From Salmonella phage vB_SEnST11_KE23, in sequence record PP856722.1: 24,000 bases of DNA. The stretch is one strand, 5' to 3'. The position numbers were made by a program, and so were the translations under genes. The notes under the pieces are model-generated. The model did no database searches, had not been told where the DNA came from, and worked only from the letters and a program-made list of their open reading frames with translations. Positions 8,153-14,850 of this stretch are shown piece by piece (position 1 is the stretch's first letter; each line of letters opens with the position of its first letter).

Positions 8153-8543
8153 GTGGCTGAATGCCAAAAGGCGACAAATGGAGGATAATATGGTAAACTC
8201 TATATCCATCAATGGTAATACCATTATAAATGGTAATGTTATTGGTGGTGATATGCACATCACATCGAAAGGTGATAACATCTTCATCAACGGTGAGCTT
8301 GTTCATACCACACAAGAAAAGAACATCACGGTGATCATTCATGGAGACACAAAGTCGATTTCGACAGTCTCTGGGGATGTCAACGTGTACGGAACAGTCT
8401 CCGCCGACATTAAGACGACTTCCGGCGATGTTCATGTTGAGAGCGGAGCAGTTGGTGACGTTACCACCGTGTCTGGAGATGTTCGTGCAGAAAAAATAGA
8501 AGGTAATGTAAAAACTGTTTCTGGTGATATTATTAGAAAATAA
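8139..8543 (+). CDS. DUF4097/adhesin-like beta-helix repeat protein
   Basis: ATG at 8139 with GGAGG (8128-8132). Repeated 'TVSGDV'/'TTSGDV' units and 'NGNTIINGNVIGG'. Alternative start 8190 with GGAGG 8180-8184. Confidence 0.7.
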   Translation: MGFREWLNAKRRQMEDNMVNSISINGNTIINGNVIGGDMHITSKGDNIFINGELVHTTQEKNITVIIHGDTKSISTVSGDVNVYGTVSADIKTTSGDVHVESGAVGDVTTVSGDVRAEKIEGNVKTVSGDIIRK

Positions 8544-8546
8544 GTG

Positions 8547-8575
8547 TTGACTTCAATTAAGAGACTCTGTATAGT
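8547..8575 (+). promoter_or_regulatory. near-consensus sigma70 promoter driving the non-coding region before the tnpB-like gene
   Basis: TTGACT (8547-8552), exact 17-nt spacer, TATAGT (8570-8575). AGAGAC...GTCTCT dyad (8560-8565 / 8576-8581) brackets the -10. Confidence 0.7.
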
Positions 8576-8581
8576 GTCTCT

Positions 8582-8786
8582 TGTTGGGAGCCAATCCTCT
8601 AGGTGTGGTTAACGCCGAAGTTATGCTTCTGGAGATAAGCATTAGCGAGTCGATGAAGGAAGAAGCGAGCATTCTTGAATGTCAGTCTCGCAGGAGCTTT
8701 GCTCCTATCTCTACAAATTTGGGAACACAACTTGGTAGATTTCAGGTGGGTTTAAAACACTAAGGTTGCCAAAGGTTTACGGTTAG
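8582..8786 (+). ncRNA. candidate structured ncRNA (omegaRNA/tracrRNA-like scaffold hypothesis)
   Basis: No convincing ORF. Consecutive stems: GGTGT/ACGCC (8602-8606/8612-8616), ATGCTT/AAGCAT (8623-8628/8637-8642), GCGAG/CTCGC (8665-8669/8687-8691), AGGAGC/GCTCCT (8692-8697/8701-8706). Anti-repeat-like TTGGGAACAC at 8719-8728. Confidence 0.45.
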
Positions 8787-8787
8787 A

Positions 8788-8935
8788 GTGTTCCCCACAT
8801 ATGTGGGGATAAACCTGATGATGCGGTGAACGGTAATATCGTCAAAGTGTTCCCCACATATGTGGGATAAACCGGGCCTAATCCAGGTTACCTTGCTAAG
8901 GACTGAAGTGTTCCCAACGTATGTGGGGATAGCCT
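8788..8935 (+). CRISPR. three-repeat degenerate mini-array with type I-E-like repeats
   Basis: R1 GTGTTCCCCACATATGTGGGGATAAACC (8788-8815); R2 GTGTTCCCCACATATGTGGGATAAACC(G) (8847-8874, one G lost); R3 GTGTTCCCAACGTATGTGGGGATAGCCT (8908-8935). Start-to-start distances 59 and 61. Two unrelated spacers. Repeat form GTGTTCCCC...GGGGATAAACC matches the enterobacterial type I-E repeat family. Confidence 0.8.
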
Positions 8936-8958
8936 ATTAAAGCCGGTTTTGTTGGTTG

Positions 8959-8964
8959 TATAAT
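8959..8964 (+). promoter_or_regulatory. possible -10 element (TATAAT) of a promoter for the tnpB-like gene
   Basis: TATAAT at 8959-8964 with no good -35. Imperfect dyad TGTATAA...TTATAACA spans 8957-8977. Confidence 0.35.
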
Positions 8965-8990
8965 ACATTTTATAACACAGGTATTTCATT

Positions 8991-10235
8991 ATGATGATTG
9001 GTTTTAAAACAAAGATTAGTACAAATAATCGTCAAAACAGTACACTTCTGCATTGGAGTAATGCTAGACGTTATGCTTTTAATTATGCATTGGGTCTGTG
9101 TTTTATAGACCAAGAAAACCTATCTTCTGATGAGAAATGGAAGCTGGCAAAAATAAATGATTACGACAAATTTTTCAACCAGGGCAAGTACCCGCTTGGG
9201 TTTAAGAAACCAACAAAATCTGGAGTCATGATAGGTTCTGGAACTCACACATGGTTAAATGGGATACCTGGTAGTGTTGGTCAGCTTGCCATAATGTACG
9301 ACCTTAAAGCAGCATGGCAAAGATGTTTCAAAAAGCTTGGCGGCAGACCAAAGTTTCAATCTAAGTATCGTAAAAAAAGCTTTAAATTAAGCAACGGTGA
9401 CTTCAAAAAGGAAAAGAATCTTGATGATGTTGGGGCTTACATTACCCACAACAAACTTGGGAAGATGAAGCTTGGTGATAAGATACCTGCACGTATTTTA
9501 AAAGGTAAGCTGATGAATACTACATTCAGTAAGACTGCTGATGACTGGTATGTTGCTTTCGTTTTTGAAATTCCTGATGAAGATTACTATCAGATCTCTA
9601 ACAAAAGGGAGATGTGTGTTGGTGTTGACTTAGGTGTTGCACAACATGCAACATGCTATGATTCAGAAACCGATTCTGCGTGGCATGAGGATTATCCTAA
9701 AGATTCCTTAAAGACTATTGAAGATCGCATTCGCATCCTTCAACGCAAGCAAGCTAAGTGCCAGAAAGGTAGCGCAAGATACAAAAAACTTGGTGATATG
9801 ATTGCTGCACGTAAGTCCAAACAAGTAAACATTCGCCAGGATGCTTGTCACAAACTAACTAAAAAGTTAGCTACGAAGTCCTACAAAATTGTTCTGGAAG
9901 ATTTGAAAGTCTCCAATATGACAAAATCGGCAAAAGGGACAACTGAACAACCAGGCAAAAATGTGAAAGCTAAAACAGGGCTTAACCGAGAAATATTGAA
10001 CATGAGTTTATACTCTGTTCGTATGCAGCTTGGCTATAAAACAATACGTTATGGCAGTGAGTTGGTTATTGTTAATCCAGCATACACTTCTCAAACGTGC
10101 TCTGAATGTGGACATGTGTCAAAAGAAAACAGGAAAACACAAGACAAGTTCTTATGTGTGGCTTGTGGACATACAGAAAATGCAGACATCAACGCTGCAA
10201 AAAATATTCTTAAAAAAGGATTGACACAGCAGTAA
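8991..10235 (+). CDS. tnpB: TnpB/Cas12-like RNA-guided nuclease (IS200/IS605-family OrfB)
   Basis: RuvC-I 'VGVDLGVAQHATC', RuvC-II 'KIVLEDLKVSNM', zinc finger 'CSECGHVSKENRKTQDKFLCVACGH', RuvC-III 'NADINAAKNIL'. 414 aa, D/E/D apparently intact. Confidence 0.93.
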   Translation: MMIGFKTKISTNNRQNSTLLHWSNARRYAFNYALGLCFIDQENLSSDEKWKLAKINDYDKFFNQGKYPLGFKKPTKSGVMIGSGTHTWLNGIPGSVGQLAIMYDLKAAWQRCFKKLGGRPKFQSKYRKKSFKLSNGDFKKEKNLDDVGAYITHNKLGKMKLGDKIPARILKGKLMNTTFSKTADDWYVAFVFEIPDEDYYQISNKREMCVGVDLGVAQHATCYDSETDSAWHEDYPKDSLKTIEDRIRILQRKQAKCQKGSARYKKLGDMIAARKSKQVNIRQDACHKLTKKLATKSYKIVLEDLKVSNMTKSAKGTTEQPGKNVKAKTGLNREILNMSLYSVRMQLGYKTIRYGSELVIVNPAYTSQTCSECGHVSKENRKTQDKFLCVACGHTENADINAAKNILKKGLTQQ

Positions 10236-10250
10236 AATTATGTAACCTTT

Positions 10251-10271
10251 AGCCCCGTTTTGGGGCTTTTT
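10251..10271 (+). terminator. intrinsic terminator directly after the tnpB-like gene
   Basis: AGCCCC-GTTTT-GGGGCT followed by TTTTT. Confidence 0.85.
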
Positions 10272-10285
10272 GATATGGAGCTTTA

Positions 10286-10789
10286 ATGAAAAATTGGTTA
10301 ATTAGTGTAGCCTTTGCCCTTTCTCTATCCTCAACACCCGTTCTGGCTAAAGAAAGTGCAAAGAAACCCAAAGTTGTTCATCTTTGCAAGAAGAATGATA
10401 CAGCGGTAAATATCTTGGCATGTAATGTCTACATGGAAAGCAGAGGTGAGTCTTTGAAAGGAAAGATGGCTGTCGCCTTTGTTACTATGAATCGTGTACA
10501 GAGGAATAAGTTCCCTTCTTCTGTTCGTAAGGTTGTATTTCAAAAGAGTCAGTTCTCTTGGGTTGGTGTTCATAGTAAAGTCACGGACGTTAAGTCCTGG
10601 AAAGAGGCCAAGGATATAGCTGGTTTTGTATACATCCTTAAAAAATCGCCTGTGCTTTACGATTTTGTAGACCCTACGAACGGGAGTGTATATTACCACA
10701 GGGAGAATGTTAAGCCAGGTTGGAGGCATATGATGACAAAACAAACCGTTATCGGTCGCCATATTTTTTATAGTGAGGGTGAGGCATGA
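10286..10789 (+). CDS. SleB-like cell wall hydrolase with signal peptide
   Basis: N-terminal 'MKNWLISVAFALSLSSTPVLAKES' signal peptide. 'LACNVYMESRGESLKGKMAVAFVTMNRV' and 'GSVYYHRENVKPGW' match the Hydrolase_2 family. Confidence 0.85.
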   Translation: MKNWLISVAFALSLSSTPVLAKESAKKPKVVHLCKKNDTAVNILACNVYMESRGESLKGKMAVAFVTMNRVQRNKFPSSVRKVVFQKSQFSWVGVHSKVTDVKSWKEAKDIAGFVYILKKSPVLYDFVDPTNGSVYYHRENVKPGWRHMMTKQTVIGRHIFYSEGEA

Positions 10790-11415
10790 AAAGACTTGTC
10801 TATGGTGTTGGACTTAATGATGAAGAAAATCAACAGGTTATAGGTAGGGTGGGAGGAAGGGTTGTAAGAATTAGCACAGACCCTCTCTATACTCGGTGGG
10901 TAGGTATCCTGCAAAGATCTTATAGTGACACATGGAAGAAAAAGTACAACTCTTACGAGGGTTGTGTCGTTTGTGATGAGTGGTTGGTATACTCAAAATT
11001 TAAGCAATGGTTTCTTGATAAATCTCTTGGTAAAGATGCTTCAGGTTACGATATTGATAAAGACCTCCTTTTTCCTGGTGTGAAAATCTACTCCCCGCTA
11101 ACATGTTGTCTGATCCCCCGATACCTGAATAGGTGTTTAGTGAGAAGAGGATCTTCAGATTTATTCACTGGGGTAATACCTAGAAATAACAAATTTGCAG
11201 CGCAAATATTTGTAGGTTCAAAGAAAGTTTGGTTGGGGACCTTCAACACGAAGAGAGAGGCTCACCAAGCATGGAAAAATGCGAAAATAAAAGAGATGAA
11301 AAGATTGCAGGAAGAGTACAAAAATGATATGTTGCATGACGAAAGGGTTGATATAGCATTAAGCAGGTGCATAGAGACCTTGAAATCAGAAGAGGAAGTT
11401 AAATGGATAGTATGA
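10786..11415 (+). CDS. free-standing homing-endonuclease-like protein with AP2-like DNA-binding domain
   Basis: 'LYTRWVGILQRSYSD...GCVVCDEWLVYSKFKQWF' and AP2-like 'FTGVIPRNNKFAAQIFVGSKKVWLGTFNTKREAHQAW'. Confidence 0.7.
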   Translation: MKRLVYGVGLNDEENQQVIGRVGGRVVRISTDPLYTRWVGILQRSYSDTWKKKYNSYEGCVVCDEWLVYSKFKQWFLDKSLGKDASGYDIDKDLLFPGVKIYSPLTCCLIPRYLNRCLVRRGSSDLFTGVIPRNNKFAAQIFVGSKKVWLGTFNTKREAHQAWKNAKIKEMKRLQEEYKNDMLHDERVDIALSRCIETLKSEEEVKWIV

Positions 11416-11585
11416 AGAACTTTTTGCTTTTTTGTGTTTGCATTGTCCCATATCTTGTGATACTGTCTATAACTCAATGGATGTTTTGGGAGCAGGTTTC
11501 TGGGGCATACGCTCTTGGCCTGCTTGCAGGCATCTACATCATCAGGAAAGCTCGCAAGAGAGACCCTATAAATAACTGCAAATAG
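11412..11585 (+). CDS. small membrane protein
   Basis: ATG at 11412 gives ATGA overlap; two hydrophobic segments. Confidence 0.6.
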   Translation: MKNFLLFCVCIVPYLVILSITQWMFWEQVSGAYALGLLAGIYIIRKARKRDPINNCK

Positions 11586-11596
11586 AGGAGAGATGG

Positions 11597-13588
11597 ATGA
11601 TTATCCAACGTGCCGAAGAGAAGGTCCAGGTGACTGGCAGCGTACAGCGCTATCAGGCTGGGATCGCAATCAATGCTGAGACATTCAGCATTCTCATCGA
11701 CGGGATTTACAATGATAAAGTATTAGCGGCTGTCCGTGAGCCGTTATTTAATGCTGTGGATTCCCACACAGAGGCAGGGTGCCGTGACAAACCGATCATC
11801 ATCCACTCTCCAACGGATCTCGAACCCTGGTATTCTGTTCGCGACGGTGGCCTTGGAATGGATTTCGATATGGTTACCCAGACCTTCATGATGTTGGGGT
11901 CATCCACCAAACGGGAATCCAACGAGTTGATTGGTGCTAAAGGCATCGGATCAAAGGCTCCCTTTACTGTGACAGATATGTTTACGGTAACTTCCGTCAA
12001 GAACGGGATGAAGACTGTTTACTCTGTCCATAAGAATGAGGGGATTCCGGAGGTTGTTCCTCTGCATGAATCAAAGACCACAGAAGAAAATGGTGTTGAA
12101 ATCAAATTCAACGTTGATCCTTCTGAAACCTCAAAATATCGTCAGGCGATTGTTAAATGCCTCCGTTATGCAAAGTTCCCATACGAGATCAATGATCCGT
12201 TTGTGACCTCTGAAATCAACGACCGGACTTATCCTGTACAGTATCGCTATGAGGATAAGTCTACAGGCTGGACACTTGAGATGTACGGCGCAGTCTCTAA
12301 GAACTCTGACAGTGTTGTTGTAATGGGGCAGCAGCCCTACTTGTCTGACTTCTTGTCAAGTAATAAAGCATGGCCTATGATGATGGTATCGATCCCGATT
12401 GGGGATTGTGATGTCAATCCAGGTCGTGAATGGACGATTGAAGGCAAGAATGACCGTGGTTTTCGTGATCGTCTTGAAGCATTTGTTACCAATGCTATCG
12501 AAAAGCGTGGTGAAGAGATTGTTCAGGAACTTAAACAACTGCCAACTCTGAAAGAAGTGCTTGAGTATATGAAGCGTGTTGGTGGATATTTTGCCAATCG
12601 TTATGGTTCTGGGTTTGTCGCGGATAAGTTTAAAGAACACTTTGGTTCTTTCAACATCGACAAGTGCATCACGTATGGTGAGAAAGGTAGCCGTCGAGAG
12701 ACGGACAGGCCATATTCTTACTCAGATCTAATGAACGGGATTCCGTTGGTGTATGATGATGACCACAAGTGCATTAGATCAAAATGTAACTGGTTGTCTG
12801 AAAATCGTAACAGACGTGTATACGTAACGGATCGTATTGAGGCACTGGACATTCTTGATGACAAATTCTTTGTTGGAATGGTCTTTAAGTTGTCCGAACT
12901 GGAGAAACGACCTGTTGTCAAAGGTGAGAAGAAATATGGCGGTTATGGTCTTTATGAGCCGGGTCACAAAGTGTGGATCATTGATCAGGATGGGTCCATA
13001 AAAGGTGAGCGAATTTCCCGCGCCGACTTTGATGACATTGAAGTGGCTATGATTTACAGTGGTGGTCAGGTGAAGGGTGATTGTGCCTTGGGCGCAGTTC
13101 AGTATCTTCATCGCAGACAGCAGCCAGAAACATTCCTGAAAGACCTCGGAATCAAGGGCAAGATGTATGTCGTCCCCTTGAACCGTGCGGGTTGGTTGCC
13201 AGATGAAACACGCTTCATCACAAAAGATGACCTGTATGATCTTGCCAAACCAACTTTACTGGATTACCATCTGAATCAGCAGACCAACAATTCCAATTAC
13301 CGTCAGTTAGTGAAAGACTTGGAATTATTCGGTATTAATGTTGCAAAAGACCCTGAGTATAAGCAAAAGGTGAACATGTCTTATTCTCTCTGCAACATAA
13401 AGGGTTATTTTGACATGGAAGAGAAGGCTCAAAGAATTGTCAATAGCCGGATGCGTATTGGCAAGAAGCTTCTGGAGCTTAAGAAATCCCGATACCCAGT
13501 GCTCAAATACGTTGATTTGAGACACTTCAACAAACCTGAAGTGGTTGAGTATCGTAAACTTATTGATAGCAAAGGAGAAAATAAATGA
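11597..13588 (+). CDS. rIIA: rIIA-like GHKL ATPase
   Basis: 'REPLFNAVDSHTEAG' (N box), 'VRDGGLGMD' (G1), 'IGAKGIGSKAPFTVTDMFTVTS' (G2), followed immediately by an rIIB-like gene. Confidence 0.85.
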   Translation: MIIQRAEEKVQVTGSVQRYQAGIAINAETFSILIDGIYNDKVLAAVREPLFNAVDSHTEAGCRDKPIIIHSPTDLEPWYSVRDGGLGMDFDMVTQTFMMLGSSTKRESNELIGAKGIGSKAPFTVTDMFTVTSVKNGMKTVYSVHKNEGIPEVVPLHESKTTEENGVEIKFNVDPSETSKYRQAIVKCLRYAKFPYEINDPFVTSEINDRTYPVQYRYEDKSTGWTLEMYGAVSKNSDSVVVMGQQPYLSDFLSSNKAWPMMMVSIPIGDCDVNPGREWTIEGKNDRGFRDRLEAFVTNAIEKRGEEIVQELKQLPTLKEVLEYMKRVGGYFANRYGSGFVADKFKEHFGSFNIDKCITYGEKGSRRETDRPYSYSDLMNGIPLVYDDDHKCIRSKCNWLSENRNRRVYVTDRIEALDILDDKFFVGMVFKLSELEKRPVVKGEKKYGGYGLYEPGHKVWIIDQDGSIKGERISRADFDDIEVAMIYSGGQVKGDCALGAVQYLHRRQQPETFLKDLGIKGKMYVVPLNRAGWLPDETRFITKDDLYDLAKPTLLDYHLNQQTNNSNYRQLVKDLELFGINVAKDPEYKQKVNMSYSLCNIKGYFDMEEKAQRIVNSRMRIGKKLLELKKSRYPVLKYVDLRHFNKPEVVEYRKLIDSKGENK

Positions 13589-14850
13589 GTAATCTGTTTA
13601 AATCTCGTAGTGATGCTCGTACATGTGCAAACAGCCGTGGCATGAAGGTTGTTGACCGTGGTCAGGGCGTTACCCCGCGATGGATGGTTGTGCCTAAAGA
13701 TACATATGGTTCATCAAAGACCCCAGCGCCTGAAGTTGATATGAGCTTCGTGTCTGAGGCAACGCCAGCGAAGGCATCACAATTCTTTGCAAGCCGTGGT
13801 GAGGCACGTGAGTTTGCAAAGACGAAAAAGAATGCTAAGATCATTGACCACGCAAGCACTGGTCGGTTTGTTCACAACGATGTTGTGCGTGATCTCGGCA
13901 AACAAGGCAAGCGCTGGGAAGTTGTTTTTGAGGTTACCGACCTGCATATTGAGGCAACTGTAACACTGCTGCCGGAAACTCGCACTGTAACTATCGATGT
14001 GCCTCCGGCACAGGAACCTACTGTGGAAGAGGTGGTGGTTGAAAAGAAAGATCCTGTGGTCATCATGACACCCGGCAACGTCTGTATCTCTATGCCGGAC
14101 GGTACTCAACACACTATCAACCGCGATAACGAGATCTTCCCTGATGTTGGTTTATTACTGATTGAAGGTGACATTGAAGGTGCTATTGCAATGATCGAGG
14201 CTGGTAAAGAAGCGAAGGCCGAAAAGGTTGTTGACCTTGGTCCGGATCTGAAACTGATGGATGGTATTCTGTACTGGCATGGTCAGAAGCAGGTGAGTAC
14301 ACTGGCTGATCGCATCCTTAACGACATTAAGAATGATACGTTCGATGATCGTTATGTTAAGTTCATGCAGAAGCTGATGCACAACCCATCTTATGCCTCT
14401 GTGAAGATGCTTTATGACTTCATTCAGCACAACGATCTTGAGATTCTTGAGAACGGTGATGTGAAAGCATATAAGAAGATCACCAACACTGCTCATGGCC
14501 CCCGTGATAGCTACACAGGGAAGGTTCCTAACTATAAGGGGCAAATCATCTCCATGCCAAGAAACATGGTGGAAGATAACCCTCACCAGACTTGTAGCCA
14601 GGGTCTGCACATTGCTTCTCTGGAGTATGCAGGCGGGTTCGGTGGTAATAGTTTGATTGAGGTTGCGGTCAACCCTGCCGATGTGGTCAGCGTTCCTTAT
14701 GACTACAACCAACAGAAATGTCGCTGCTGCCGTTATCAGGTTCTGACAGGCCCAGAAAAACCAGTTGGCGCACCAGATGTGTTGGTTATTGGGGCAGTTG
14801 GTGAAATTCTGGAAGAGGTTTATCTGGAAGAAGAAACTAAGGAGGATTGA
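13585..14850 (+). CDS. rIIB: rIIB-like protein
   Basis: Adjacent to the rIIA-like gene. 'DGILYWHGQKQVSTLADRILN', 'FMQKLMHNPSYASVKMLYDFIQHNDLEILENGDVKAYKKI', 'SQGLHIASLEYA' match the rIIB family. Confidence 0.85.
   Translation: MSNLFKSRSDARTCANSRGMKVVDRGQGVTPRWMVVPKDTYGSSKTPAPEVDMSFVSEATPAKASQFFASRGEAREFAKTKKNAKIIDHASTGRFVHNDVVRDLGKQGKRWEVVFEVTDLHIEATVTLLPETRTVTIDVPPAQEPTVEEVVVEKKDPVVIMTPGNVCISMPDGTQHTINRDNEIFPDVGLLLIEGDIEGAIAMIEAGKEAKAEKVVDLGPDLKLMDGILYWHGQKQVSTLADRILNDIKNDTFDDRYVKFMQKLMHNPSYASVKMLYDFIQHNDLEILENGDVKAYKKITNTAHGPRDSYTGKVPNYKGQIISMPRNMVEDNPHQTCSQGLHIASLEYAGGFGGNSLIEVAVNPADVVSVPYDYNQQKCRCCRYQVLTGPEKPVGAPDVLVIGAVGEILEEVYLEEETKED

Noticed and set aside
8731-8760. Possible fourth, upstream degenerate repeat (GTGGG...TTAAAAC)
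   Set aside because: Only the distal half resembles the repeat and the distance (57 nt) is off; too weak to count as a repeat unit.
8581-8763. 60-aa ORF MLGANPLGVVNAEVMLLEISISESMKEEAS...
   Set aside because: TTG start without RBS, lies over the hairpin-rich region directly downstream of the promoter and has atypical composition for this genome; better explained as non-coding RNA or a relic of a TnpB tail.
8788-8935. Adjacent full type I-E CRISPR-Cas locus
   Set aside because: No cas3, cascade, cas1 or cas2 gene is present within the window on either strand; only the repeats resemble type I-E.
10220-10249. TTGACA near the end of the tnpB-like ORF as a promoter for the hydrolase
   Set aside because: The terminator at 10251-10271 lies immediately after any plausible -10 and no good TATAAT is present at 16-18 nt.
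13585-14850. rIIA/rIIB-like pair as a novel system
   Set aside because: Adjacent GHKL ATPase and rIIB-like genes are a known conserved phage arrangement, although their mechanism is incompletely understood.
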